DNA of 64,000 nt from Azolla caroliniana (Eukaryota > Plantae > Polypodiophyta): the NCBI GenBank assembly GCA_043228905.1, contig JBHGNT010000002.1, forward strand, positions 4,030,001 through 4,094,000. The letters are read 5' to 3'. Made by a program: the position numbers and the translations under genes. Each line of letters begins with the position of its first letter. Within the stretch, counting starts at the first letter, position 1. Below, in pieces: positions 26,940-41,100 of the stretch. The notes under the pieces were generated by a model, which was given only the letters and a program-made list of their open reading frames with translations, did no database searches and was not told the origin of the DNA.

Positions 26940-27480
26940 ACAACACTTCTAGAGTCTCTTCTACCTGTCATATGTGCCTATGTAGGGAGAGGGACGTCCT
27001 GTAGTGCCATTAGAAAACCTGAATATGCATTTGAGGAAATATGACATCCAACAATTCCACATAAGAATACCTTTCAAGTAACAAAGGGTTAGAACTTGCC
27101 AAACGTTCGATAAATACTTCCAAATAGTACATGCTATCGAACATTTAATGAACTTATGTGTATTGTCCTCTAATGGAATGGTGCAAAAGAAACAAGTGTC
27201 TGACCCTAGTCCTCGTCTCTTTAAGGTTGAACCTAATGGAAGCCCATCAATCATGACTCTCCATATGAATACCTTTGCACGAAATGGCAAATGGGAATGC
27301 CAACCACATTGTAATATTTTCTACCACCTTGCATTCAACTTAGATATATTTCATACCTTTTCGGCTTTAGGTGATAGCCAAGATAATGATCACATTGCAT
27401 GTTGATACAATATATTTGTAGTGACTTGTAACAAGCGTGTACCATTGTGTAATCGTCAATCAACCCAAGGTTCAACGTTT
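26940..27480 (-). mobile_element. LINE ORF2 zf-RVT fragment
   Basis: PFRAKVFIWRVMIDGLPLGSTLKRRG...CFFC...EDNTHKFIKCSIACTIWK matches the zf-RVT pattern of plant L1 elements. Confidence 0.85.
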
Positions 27481-27625
27481 GTTTTCAATGGCAATGATCC
27501 ATGCAACAATGGTAAATCTTGTCATTTCTCCCAAATAAATCTATAATTTGGGGGAATACATAACCATCGTTCAGCATCTTCAAATTCCAAAACCTTTGAG
27601 ATTCATTATCAACCACATCTCTCTC

Positions 27626-27661
<36 letters not shown>

Positions 27662-28254
27662 ACTATTTACAATGGGTGTCACAATGGAGTATGACCACCT
27701 AGTTACTAGACGAGTAGTGGTTTAATATGTTAAATTGCCCATAGGCAAGACAAATACTCCAATGAGGAAAGAATCTCCACTTGCCCCAATAAAGAAAACT
27801 ATCACACCAGTACTCCTTGCAACTTATGACACAACCTCTAATACCTTAGAAATAGGGAAACGATCACCATCTCTGATTTTGGGTCAACTTGTATGAATTG
27901 TGCAAACATCCATTGTATTGGCATCAAAGAACACCATGAATTGTGCAAACTTGCCAAATTTGAAAAATGTAACTCCAAATCTGACACCCTCTCTCTTTCC
28001 CTCTCTAAACTCTACTTGTGGTCTTGTTGATATTATTTTATTCCCCTATTGTGATAAAAGTGAGAAAGACAAAGTCACATGCAATACAATATAGACAAGA
28101 AGCAATTTCACATGACATGTTCCATGTTACTTTAATGATTTTAGTAGCTATTACTCAAAACACAATTTCAATCCTCTTCTCGACAAAGCTATATAACTGG
28201 AAATTTTACTATACAATTATAACCATAGATTGTAGGTAAGTGCAAAAATGGGAT

Positions 28255-28520
28255 TCCAACTATCATGAGTGGGTGAGGAAACTTTTAGACTAATTTTTTG
28301 TTAATACAGGATTTTCATGGACATTGGCAAGATGCAAATTGGCGAGATGGCTAATGTGGACTGAATGAAGAAATTTTTTCTGTGATAAGGATGAGTGAAG
28401 ATGGTGGGGGGGTCGAAGCCGACTATCATGAGTGGGTGAGGAAACTTTTAGACTACTTTTTTGTTGTTAATACAAGATTTTCGTGGACATTGGCAATATG
28501 CCAAGATGGTCGGCTTATCA
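28255..28520. repeat. ~163-bp diverged tandem duplication
   Basis: actatcatgagtgggtgaggaaacttttagacta at ~28259 and ~28422; a third degenerate echo near 28640. Confidence 0.8.
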
Positions 28521-29789
28521 AGATATTGAATAAAGAAGATTTTAGGTTTTCTCATTATGATGGGTGTTCATGGTGTGGTGATAGGGATTGAAGCATAATA
28601 GTATGATGAGAGGATGAGTGATGACAGTGTGGGGGCCGAAGCAAATCATGAGGGAGGAGGAAATAGTCTAGATTTAGTTTGTTTTTAGTTGTACATGAAC
28701 TTTGTTGTTGAACTTCATTGGGAAACAACAATCTGGGTTGGCTATTCAACCAAGACTGGGAGAGCAAGATTTTATATTCGAATCAAAGACCTATGAAGCA
28801 ATGATTTTCCTTTTTGAAATGTTACAAAGAGTCTGACAGATCATCCCTAGATGAACGTATGTTGTTGCTATTGGAACATGCCATGGCCGTAAATGGAACT
28901 GTTGATTTACATGTTAAGGCATCAAATGGACTTCTGGTTGTTGTTGCTCAGTCACCAAAGAAATTTGCAGAAATGTGTAGGTTGGGAGAGTAAGTTGGTT
29001 GAGACAAGTACACGTGAGATAACAGGAAATCCTCTCCTATCAGGAATTGTAGTGGAAGCAGTTGGTCATATATGGTCTACGTGGTTTTTTACCTCTATTT
29101 TCTGATGGTGATGAACAATATATAGGTGTAGAAACAATATTTTTTGGGCATATCTGCCATGGTGGCCTTGAAAAAATACTTTTGGAAGCAGCGCTGAATG
29201 CGATATTTGCATTGAGCAAGACTACGGTGGATGAGGTGTTGTTTTTTGTAGGTGAAGCTATTTGTTTTTTATGGGGTGGTCTTCATTAGGCCAAAATCTT
29301 GAGCCTAGTGTTGTTGAGAATGTTAGAGTTGCACGAGTGTTCAATAGTTTTCTAGTTAATTATGTTGCATTTCTCTTTGTAATATTGGACTTGTTTGTAT
29401 ATTGCCTTTGGCCACTTTATGTTAATACCAATGGAGGATCTTTTTTATTGAAAAAAAAAAGGGATTCCAAGTGTTTACTCATGGTTAAGAAGCGAGATAG
29501 TCAATTGGCTTACCTACATAATGTTTCTCTTAACCTCATACTACATTTATTCAAGTTCCTTGTGCAAATAAATGTTAAAGTTGCATGTATATTAGTGTTG
29601 CCATTTAAATAAAGGGCAACAATGTTTCCTCGTACTATCTTTGTTTTTTATTTTTTATATAAGATTTTCTTCAATAGTATTAACTTTTAAGAACAAAACG
29701 CCCGAAGGCTACAACTTGAACCTAGCAACCAAGAAAGTTACAACTTTCTTTATACATTGATATAAAATACGAGGATGTTTACATTTGTG

Positions 29790-32700
29790 ATATTCAAAGA
29801 GTCCATGGAAGTCGATATTGCCATTGAGGCTCTTGAGCTACCATTATAAACAGGGGCACCTTTTTCTATAAGTGAAGAAGCTTTTTCCTTTTCTTGATCA
29901 TAGTATCTGGGGAACCCTGCATATTGTCATACTGACCACGGACTACAGCCAACAAGTTCTTCCATAACTCAAACAACACATCTGAGACATGAATGTCTAC
30001 CCCATCATAAAGTCGTTTACATCGATATTTCCATAATACCCATAATGTTATTGTGGACATAGTTTTCCAAATTTGGACGGATCGCACCTGCTTTCGAGGT
30101 TGCTGGAAAGGACTAACTAATATCAATCTTCCATTATGTATTGTCATTGCCTCATGAACATCGTTTGCCTCATGCAACATTAAACCGGAGTGTAATACCC
30201 CCCACATCGCTGATCCCCATGAGAATAAGCAACCTACATTTATTGTTAGGAATAAAGACACGACTTTCTTCCATACTTTTGAGCAAAAGAACATGACCAT
30301 AAGACATGCTTGGTAGTCTCTTGAGGTTCATGGCAAATGGCACATTGCCGCAAATTGGGTGTCACATTCCCTTTCAATGTATGACCAACTGGTAGAGCCA
30401 TATGCACTAATAACCATCGAAAGAGAATAAATTTAGTTGGCCCCTTGAATGACCATATCCATTTCCAATAGGTTCTCAAATGCAAAGTGGAAACACCCCA
30501 ATTGGTCCAATGTTTCTGAGCCACTGGTATCTTTCCATTATGAGAGAGCAGTAATGATCTTCCAAGTTTTACTGAGTACTCAAAAAAGGGGACCTTTACG
30601 ATCTTTTCTCCCAAGGAGTGTGACCAAAGCCAACCCCCTGGATCCCATGTTAATCTTGCAAAAGGATCTTTTGAATATAACCACATGATATCACACATAT
30701 GAGCAATTGATGGATAAGGATCAAGGATCCATTTCTTTCCGGTTTTAGCAACCCCTCTAACTGGTGCACTTCGTAAGTCTTGTAGATAATTGCAATCAAA
30801 GGTATAAGATTGCAATCTATTGTTGTCTAGGACCTGAAAATAAGACACGCACCCATTAGGTGAAACACCCTTAACAACCATCAATCTATCATTTGCAAAG
30901 CATCCAAACCATAGATGTTCCTGCCTCGGTTGGAAGGTTGTTAAAAATGAAGAATATGTTACTGATAAGGTAGTCGTCATTATCTTGGCACCATGAACTG
31001 ATTGTAGATGTACAAGTCGACCTTCTTGTGACATTTGTTGAAACTGAGTCCACGTTCTTACAGATGCAGATGGCCCATTATCCAATTTACCCCAAGCAAG
31101 GTGAGGACGCAGGCCCAATACTTTTCCTGCATTATCCCGAAATAGAGAATTGGCAAGCATAGGTTGATTAAGTAATGCATCCCAGGTAGAAGGTTTGTCC
31201 TTTAGCAAAAATGATTTAATTGCATCCCACGCTCTTATGATTCCTAACAAAAATCTATTGGATGCAAGATTTCTCCTTGGTGTTTTCATGTCATTCAAGA
31301 ACAACCACTTTAAAGAGGGTGACCATACTCCTCCTGTCTTAGGAGTTAATTGCATTAACTAATTTAAAAACATTCCTTTCCAAGCTTCTGATCCTGGCAA
31401 CAAGCCTCTGATAACAAACTTAGTCAAGAGAGCTCTTGACTGCATCAAAGGATCTATCAAACCCAACCCTCCATTAATTTTAGGTTGAATCAACACATTC
31501 CACGCAACTTTGGCTACTGTAGGAGAGCCATGTTTTCCCCCCCAAAGGAAATTCTGGAACAAGCTTTGCACTTTTGTCATTGTTGATCTAGAAAATAGCC
31601 ACACAAATGCTATAAACCACATTGATGCCAATAGTATTGTATTTGCTACTACAACGCGACCCGCAAAAGATAATTGTTGGGCATCCCAATACAATAATTT
31701 ACGTTTTATTGATAATAGCAACGGAGATAACATTACTTCTGGCCTTAAATCTATTCCAACCATACATCCTAAATATCGAACTAGCTCACCACGATGAAGC
31801 CATCGGAAAGCATGACCTGGATACCACTCAGGATGATTTTCTGCACCAACCCAAAGGCCAACTGACTTATTCCAGTTAAGTGATGCACTTGTAGCATCTG
31901 AGAAAACTTGCAAAGCATTTTGTACCTGACCGAGATTACTTATCTCCCCGTCAACATAGAGGGTTGTATCATTTGCAAATTCAACATCCAGTACAGTGGA
32001 TTGTGTAATAGGTAATACTAATCCTTTGATACCAGTAGTTGATGATCTTAGGTAGGAGGACAAAGCTTCCCCAAACAAGATAAAAAGAAATGGGGCAAGA
32101 GGGCATCCTTGCCTAACAAACCTGGATATAGGAAATAGTGTCTCGTATTCTCCAGCAAACAAAACAGAACTAGAAGCATGCTTGTAAAGGGATGAAACAC
32201 CTTTTATCCATGCGGCTGGAAAACCTAATCTTGATAGCACTGCCTCAAGAAAGTCCCAATCCACTTTATCATATGCCTTTTCAAAGTCAAGCAACAATAC
32301 TGCAAGTTGTTGTTTCTGTTGCTGAGCTAATGCAACCATTTCCCAGAACAAAAAGATATTATCAAAAATACTTCTATCTTGTAGGAAGCCACATTGTGTA
32401 TCATGAATAATAGACGGCAATACATGTCGTAGTCTAACGGCAATAGTTTTTGCCACTATCTTATACACAACATTAAGCAATGTTATTGACCGCCACTTGG
32501 AGACTTTATCACATTGAGCATCCGATTTAGGAATCATATATATGATTCCTTCTGTCCATTCCTCAGGCATATTACCCGTTGAGAATATTAAATTAACTGC
32601 ACTAGTAATGAGAGAACCAATAAAATCCCAATAATGCAAATAAAAGCCAATTCCTATTCCATCTTTTCCGGGACAAACATCCTTACCTAAGGATTTAGCC

Positions 32701-34124
32701 GCAGCAAATACCTCTTGAGATGTAAACGGTTGTAATAACTGAGAGGCCATTACATCTGTAACCTTCTGTTCAATAGTTGCAAGAACAACTTGTTGCTTAT
32801 AAAAATTATCTGTCGTAAAAGATTCAGCAGACAATAAGTTATGATAATAATCCGAGACTATACTTCGCATCTCAGAGCCATCTGATGTATAGGATCCATC
32901 AAGCCGCTTCAAAGAAGTAATAGAAAGAGGACTAGCTTTTCGTTTAAATTGATTAAAGAATTCCTGATTGACCCGATCTGGCCTTTGAGACCAGCGAGCA
33001 ACATTACGATGGTAAAAGAAACTTGAGCGTGCTTCCTATTTTTCCTTTAGACTACTTTTTACTTGCTGCAAATCACAACATAAGATAGATGAAGTTGGAT
33101 ATCTTTCCAAAAGTTGTTGTAATGCTGCCAAAGCATGACGCAAGTTAGCAATCTCTGAATTGTATTGATAAACAGATGCTAAAACTCTTTCTGTGAATAG
33201 AATCTTTGTATTGAGTATGGCATGAGTCATATTGCTAAGCAAACAGTCATCTGAGAAATTGTATTTTGACCATATTTGTATGATTGACATCCGATGACTA
33301 TCCTCAGATAAAATTGCAGGAGGGATACGCAATTGTGTCGAGTATCGCCTCTTAGTAAATGTAACCTGTAACTTCAGAGGGTCGTCATCAGAGATAACTG
33401 ATCCTGGAATAATTCCTATGGATCCACCTGCTTCCCAAACAATGCTACTAGCATAAAATCTATCTAGTCAAGACAAATTTGTAGCAACCAAGCTTCCATT
33501 TGATCTAGAAAATTGAAGGGATCCTTGTATACGTGAAAATGAATGCACCTTCCATAAATCCAGCAACCCATAAGTAAAACAAAAGTAATCCCAACACTTA
33601 GCTTCCCATCCTGAAATTGTAGTAGTTATACCTCCCAACCTATCAACAGCATCCTCAATCATATTAAAGTCGCCTCCTACCAACCAACAATCCGCTAAAC
33701 TCACATAATCAGAAAGAGATAGCCATAACTTTGCCCTTTCGGCCGCAAAATTTGGGGCATAGAGATTCATAAGGCCAACCTTTTGGGATCTTATTTTCAC
33801 AATCAGGAATTGTGCCCTTTTATTCATAATAGTAGCAACTGACACAATGATAGACTGCAAATGTTGTTTAATTGCAATGCATAATCCAGCCTGACGGCCA
33901 GTGGGGCCAAAAGCAGGAATCCAGAAGTGAGTCCACCGTCCTGGTAAAATAGATCCATACTTCCGAATTCTATCCATACATAAGTGATGCTCTTGTAAAA
34001 AAAGAATATCAATATTTCCTACATTAGCAGTACCTAAATCTGCACGTAAGAGTCCTTTAAATCTACGAAAAGCCTGACCACCCAAGCCTTGCACATTCCA
34101 GGAAAGAAGATGTAAGGTGTCCAT
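29790..34124 (-). pseudogene. LINE ORF2 (APE endonuclease - reverse transcriptase - zf-RVT), disrupted
   Basis: SWNVQGL, LFLQEH, NLYAPN, GGDFN, *LDRFY; RT motifs PGKDG, WRSITLLN, DFEKAYDKV, RQGCPLAP, FAND (for F/YADD), YLG; CAICHEPQETTKHVLWSC. Stops at 33468, 33036, 31359 and 29866; frameshift ~30290. Confidence 0.93.
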
Positions 34125-34125
34125 C

Positions 34126-35931
34126 TTACACAGATTTTATTGGTGTCCTTTTCTCAAGGAGAGCATCTTGGCGGCCTTTCTGGGCACCCTCCTGAGCTCT
34201 TGCTTGTCGTTTTAAAAGCAGATAGTTCCTTGCATGCTTATGTACCCGATGATCATTAACTTGCTTTTGAGGGGTCTGAAGTGTCAAGGTATCCTGTGAA
34301 ACTGTAAATTGATATCCATCACAAGGGAGTTTATCTACTCCTTGAGCCATTTCAACCCCCATGATATTTGATTGACTAGAAATAGATTTTCCTACAAGCT
34401 TATCAAAGGGAACTGAACTACCACAAACACTGATATTGATTTGTTGGTCTGCTTCGATTCCCATAACACTTGGAGGCATTTCCACATCTGTAATATCTTG
34501 AGCAGAGACAACTTTTCCTTTTAATTTTTTAGATGAATCCAAATTAACATTTGGTGTCAACTGCTCGTTCTCAACACTTTTCAATGGTGGTTGGCCTACT
34601 ATTAACCTTGGGAAAGTCCCAGGCAACTTAGTAGAAAGTAAGTCTGTCTTTTGGGAAAAATGGGCTGATGGTTGATTTGACATATTCACTTCATGTGACC
34701 GATCCTCTTCTACTTGGAGAGTAGAATATCTATTCTGTAAGGGGGGGAATTCCTTTAAATTATTGATTGACACTTGATGACGCTTGTCATAAGATAATTG
34801 TGAAGATACTTTCCTATGACCGACCTCAATCCAACCCTTAGATCTAGCATGAGATGGGACTATAGTTATATTGGGTACATGCTTATCTATCTCTTTATTA
34901 TATTTAGGGCAATTTCTTGCCAAATGACCAAATCCAAAACACCGAAAACATTGATTTGGCAAACCCCTATACAAAATTCTCTGAGAATAAGATTCTTGTC
35001 TGGAGTCAAGCAGATTAGGCAATAAGATATTTGAGGGCAAAATTGTGGACTTCGAAATCAAAAGTTTTCTTGATGTAGCTCCCATATATTTATCGTCGTT
35101 CTGACGAGGTTTATCATAAGTTTCCAAGACTGTGCCAATAGTACTGGCAATTAGATGCACAAATGGCACCCATTCTTTACGTAGATTGGGAAACACTGCT
35201 ACACATGTATGATATGAATCTAAATCATGAAGTACCTGATTTGCGGAGAAGTTGTGAGTCCATTTGTGGAAGAATACCCATCCTCCCTTGTTTGCCACTA
35301 TTTTCTTCTCTAGCAAGATTGGTACCATCCGTTCAAGCTCGAACTCCACTTGATAATAGTTCCGACCAAGCATTTGAATATCCGTGATGTTGTCAATATC
35401 TTGTTTTAAAGAAGCTTGTAATAACAATCAAAGATCAGCACGCCGAGGACGAATGCACAAAACTTGCGCAATGATAATCCTCTTCTCTAGACATTGAATC
35501 TCTCTTACAATCTGTGCTCTATCTTGTTCCGACAACAGAAGCTCTACTACGTTGTCCGAAATAGGTGTAATATCCGGGTTAGCTACACGGGAGCCCCGGT
35601 TAGGCTCTTCGCAACAGTGCGGCAATTGCTCCTGGTTCTCCGTTGCATTGCAGACGACCGGGTTTATGGAGGAGGTTGAGAGGCTGGCCGCAGCAATTGG
35701 ATTGGTTGTAGCAGGTAAGTTGAAGGGGACAAACTGCTTTTCTGCATCTACTTTGGTATAAACGGAAGCCCCTACAGATCCCTCTAGATGATTTAAGCAA
35801 TCATCGGCTACTGTAGGCTGAGCGGCGACAGGCTAAGCGGCGGCGGCGGCAAGTTGGGTGGCGGCAGGCTGAGTAGTGGAAGGCTGAGCAGCAGAAGGCT
35901 GAACGGTGACAGGGGATATGGTGGTCTTCAT
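34126..35931 (-). pseudogene. LINE ORF1 (DUF4283-like RRM plus CX2CX4HX4C zinc knuckle), disrupted
   Basis: IQMLGRNYYQVEFE, CFRCFGFGHLARNC; in-frame TGA at 35428 and further stops in the QP(A/S)xx-repeat N-terminus. Confidence 0.85.
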
Positions 35932-37211
35932 AGCTCCCTCGTACTATCTTTGTTATTTAAGTTGCCTCACCAAATCATTGCATATGTTCATTACAATTAG
36001 CTTTTAAAGGGTAGTATTATCACTATATTTTGGAAAAGACAAACTTGTAAGAATGTCCAAGTTAATGGCAAATTAGGTGGGGAATCTAGTAATTTCAATC
36101 AATATTACAAAACTTCACTGATATCTTTAAATTTCGTCTCTTTGATCTAAATTGTTTGGCATGCGTCACCACCCTGCTTGTCCTAGCCTTTGCTTGGGAT
36201 TCACAAATGGGAGCTATAAATTTATCTCATCATCCTTCATACTACACACGAATGTCATGTTGGGACTACCGTTTTCCCTACAACCAATGTTTTAACCCTT
36301 CAAAATAAATTTGGGGAAACTGATTTCATCCCACCACATACCTAGATAGGAACTTACTATGAAGACTATGACGTGTTGATTTTTCATGTACATCTAGCAT
36401 ACATTCTAATTCAAGACATAATGTTGGTAATCAAGAACCACTCAAAATCTTTCAAGTTTGTGGCAACTATATTCAAAGCACCCAAAATGCTCCTATTTAA
36501 ATTGCTCATGTGAAAAATCATACAAACCCTAATAGAGGGACTCGGGAGTAAAACCTTAATTGTAAGACGTGTCACAAATTCATTGGAATTGGAAACATGT
36601 CATAATAACAAGCAAACAACTTTGGAACTTCACTAACCTCAACTCTCATGTTCTCAAAAACTCATAAATGCTCCACTTCTTCAAGGACATACATCTACAT
36701 CTCTCATACACAATTTAGGCTTGCACGTGTTGGATAAAAAAGCATGTAATATCCAACACACGGTGGTCTTCAACAAGTTCTGAAAAACAAGAAACTTGGC
36801 ATATACCCAATTCAATCACCATTGGCAAACAATATTAGAAAAGGGCCAAATGCCACAAAACCATATTTCACCTCAAACACATTAGAAAAACTACCAAATG
36901 TTTTTAAACCCATGTACTTGTTCTAGGACACTATGAACACCATCAACTAAGAAGCCATTTCTCATACTCCAATTGTACCAAAGACCCCAATACATAAGGT
37001 AGTCAAATACAAGCTTATCAAATAGGAGGGTAAGGTTGTGGCCCCTTCAGCGAAAACTCACAAAAAGGGTGACAGTTTTTCCAGCTCCTAATCCTAGGTT
37101 TTCTCTCTTTACCTTTTTCCTTTGTAATGGGCTTACCCTCGTAAGATATTACACCGACAATGTGAAGTCGTTTGTTGGCATCTGTACATTACACTACTTT
37201 CATGATCGAAC

Positions 37212-37581
37212 AGACTAGTTCACAATCTCTGAACTATTCACATAACCATCTCAATCTCTATATTCTTTAACAGCAGCACTTCATCGATGATTACAAAGGT
37301 ACAAGACATGCGTACCTTCAATTAACAAATAAATATGCAGCCCAAGTCTCATTTATATATCATTCCTCTTTTGAGTCTCATGGAAACAATTTGAATTAAA
37401 AGACTAGTTCACAATCTCTGAACTATTCAAATAACCATCTCAATCTCTATATTCTTTAACAGCAGCACTTCATCGATGATTACAAAGGTACAAGACATGC
37501 GTACCTTCAATTAACAAATAAATATGTAGCCCAAATCTCGTTTACATATCATTCCTCTTTTGAGTCTCATGGAATTAAAAG
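37212..37581. repeat. ~190-bp near-identical tandem duplication
   Basis: agactagttcacaatctctgaactattca... starts at 37212 and ~37401. Confidence 0.92.
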
Positions 37582-38139
37582 CTCTAGCATGAAGGTGTCA
37601 ATGATAGATAGAGTTTCAAATCATTCCCCCAATTAATATATACAACATTCTCCTTCAAGTAGAAGGTTCATGACATTCCTCTTTTCTTTCCGAAGGAACC
37701 CATTGGGAGCTCAAAAACATTAATCATTTATGGTTTATCATTATGTGATCAATTCATATCCAATCCATTGCAATTAGTACCATGAAGTTTCATCTGTAGA
37801 CAACAATCAATTTCGATGTGGGAGCAAAAACCTTCATTTTTGAGATTATACGATTAATTCAATAGAGAATGATGATTATCAATTTTATTACATCTTCAAC
37901 AGATATAATCTATTTCAATAGACAATCAAGAATGTCATATCAATTTAATCAATAGCAAGAGTCTAATTTATCATTTCTTTATAGTTTCCAAGAATTTATC
38001 TCACAAACCATCAGAAAACATTTTCACCATTTGCATTGTGCAAATAATCTAATTAACTGTGCAATTGCCAGCTCATAGGAATGTCACTTTAACTATTAGA
38101 AGAATAAATGAAAACAATGAGTACAATCTCGATGAGATC

Positions 38140-41100
38140 CTACCTCCTGACCCCAACGAATGTCCTCTCATAAATACTGTTAGCTAGAAGCCAAATACTC
38201 TCCATCTCCATCAGTAAATCCTTTAATATCTCCATTATCTCTGCTACCTTCGGGGCTTTGTCCCTAAAAAGTAAAAATTGCATGGCACTATGTAAAATCT
38301 CTGTTCTCTTTATATCCTAAAGTCATTTTCACTTTTTCATATTTGGAGCCTAAACTCTTTGCTGAATGAAAAATGAAAGTGTTATTGAAGTGCAAGATTT
38401 TAAAGATTTCCTGGAACATGCAAATATGGAAGACATAAGAATATAAATGCAAGAATAAAGTTCATGAAATACACAAAATCCTTAGAACGTTGTAGATTTC
38501 TTACTTACATCTTGTACAAAGAATTAGATGAAATTGGAAACCAAGTTGGATATATTCTTCTCATCTTAGTTTGACAGTTTCGAGACTTACTTGCCCCTGC
38601 CATGAAACTTGAGAGTTATGATCATTGAACCACCCGGCTTCAAAAACTTCAATAAGGGAATAATAATATTTGATGCCTCTACAGGATGCTTGTTCATATC
38701 GCAAACCAGAAGATCAAAGTTCCTTTCTTTTGTCCATAACATAATCTCCTGCAATGCATCTTGTGCCTATCTCACAGAAACATAGTCAGGCTTTAAAGAA
38801 ATGTTTGCTTCCATCTAGATCGTAAATAAATTGATCATAAAATAAAGGGAAATTTACCTACATTTCTTACAATATTCCAGAAACATCCTCATATTTTCAA
38901 AAGAATGCTCATTTATCAAAATATTATTTCCTATACAAATTTCAAAATTCTCCTCATCATCGATCCCAATCAATTATTATCGTTGGCTTACATAAGCTGA
39001 CATGAACACCATCAAACACACATATATATATGAGAGAGATATACCTCTTTCCCAGCTGTCATAGCTTGACATCTCCACCTCTTACAAGTTGTTACAATCA
39101 TGACCATATAATATCCCGTGGTGAGAATTTACCGTAGTATTCTATACACGTGGATAAAGGGTGAGGGTTAAACAAGAGTGTAAAGAAGGGGAGGATTACT
39201 TTAAATCCTCGGGATTGAGACAACCCATTAGGCCAAGTGTGAACTTGCCTGGGGGCCTTAGGTCTGGCTATAAATATGAGGCCTAACTACCCTCATTTGA
39301 CACATTATCGACTGCGTCGAGACTCTAACATTGTGGTGGGTCAACTCTCGTAGTGAGTGCGCCAGCACCAGGTGCGAGTCGACGCCATGACGGTGGTCAG
39401 GACACCGATCGAGGCTCGAGTCCGTCTCTATCCCTTCGTTCGAGGGTGGTCGGGTGGATCGGCACCCTTCTTTCTCTCTCTGCTTTCTTATTTATCTATC
39501 TTTTATCCTTATCATATGCTTACATTAGATCATCACTCTAACACAAGTTGTGTTCGAACCCTTATCTCTAGATCTAGGGTTTGTACTACTTTGTTTTTCT
39601 TTTGCCTTCAACCACACATTGTTATCATATCCTATTATAGTTGCAATTTTGGCCTCATAGGCCATTTTGGCCTTTTCACTGATGTTAATATGACTTTTCA
39701 TTTAAGAGACTGCTAACTAAAGCTATGAAATCTAAGCCACTAGCAACCAAGGAAGGTCATTGCTACTTCAAAACAAATGGCTATTGTGGCAGGCTGACAT
39801 CTTCAAACCATTACCAAACAAGTGTTGAAAGGCATTAAATGCTAGGAACACCCCGCACAACCAACAAGAGAGAAGCAATGCCAAGAAAACCTCTTGACTT
39901 TGATATTATTTGTTGTTCAGCAAATGTGTGTGTGAAAGAGAGGGGAAACGATGGTAACTCAATTGGGTAGAGCTGTCCAGTAGAGGCCAGAAGGTCATCT
40001 GTTCAATCCCTACATTCCACTGTAGCATATAAGTAGTACATAAATTGAGATTTGAACCTGGGTGCATGCAGCGTGGGAAGCAAAAACTCGGGTTACTACC
40101 AGGTATAGCCCTAATATATGAATGCATGCATACATACATACATACATACACACACATGCATATAAATAGAGAGAGAGAGAGAGGAAATATTTTGAGAATT
40201 TTGGAAAATGAGGGGTATTTAAGGAATTTCAGGAATTTTGTGAAATTTAGGGATATTTTAGAAAATTTCCATAAAACACTAGTGTTCCACACCTTCTTGC
40301 ATATATGTGTGACTTTTTCTCCAAGAATACTGTTCTCTAGTTTTCCTGGATCAACTGCCACAACATGATACACATGTTTACTAAGAAACTCAGTCCATGC
40401 ACCAGGTGCAGCACCAACATCAAGAACTGAAACACAAGAATAGAAACCGAATTTCAATGAATATAATCTTATGAAAAGTGAGTTTAATGATCAATTCATC
40501 GAAGTTAATATTTAGAGATTATTGGATTACCTAACATATCCTTTGTGAGATTGATCCCTTTAACATAAAGTGTTTCATCTAATTTTGCGCATGCCCTCGC
40601 GACATATCCTTTAAAAAGAGCATCTCTATCACACGCAGTTAGATACATGTCTTGCCCTTTGCCGATTCCATATCTTATAACACCATCAATCTCCACAACA
40701 TATAGACTATGTGAAAAATGATGCTTCGCACAATCTAACTCTGGTAGTTCATCAATCAACCAATTTGAAAGATCTCTTGGAAAAGTTTGGAATCGGACTT
40801 TAACATCTGAAAATGCATGTATTTCATGCTCACATGGGGAAACCTGTATTAAATCACAGGATATCTGTTTCACATAAATGAGAGTTTCTGCAGTGATGAT
40901 TTCTTAAATGGAAAGTGAAGTGAACTATGAGATTGCATGCAAGGAGGCATATGATGATTAGAAACAAGACATTTAGCACTGCATGATATAAAGTAGTACA
41001 ATTTAGCAGTAGATTATTAGAAATAGGGAATCTCCAAAATACTGAGTTTTTCTTATTTCTCTGCATTTTTTATATTTCCCCAAACCCGCTTGGTCGACAC

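Larger units (their letters stand above)
29646..35936 (-). mobile_element. Near full-length, decayed L1-clade LINE retrotransposon (~6.3 kb) with 18-bp TSD
   Basis: TSD CCTCGTACTATCTTTGTT at 29628-29645 and 35937-35954; T-rich (poly-A) tail at the left end; ORF1 and ORF2 remnants in the correct order. Confidence 0.96.
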
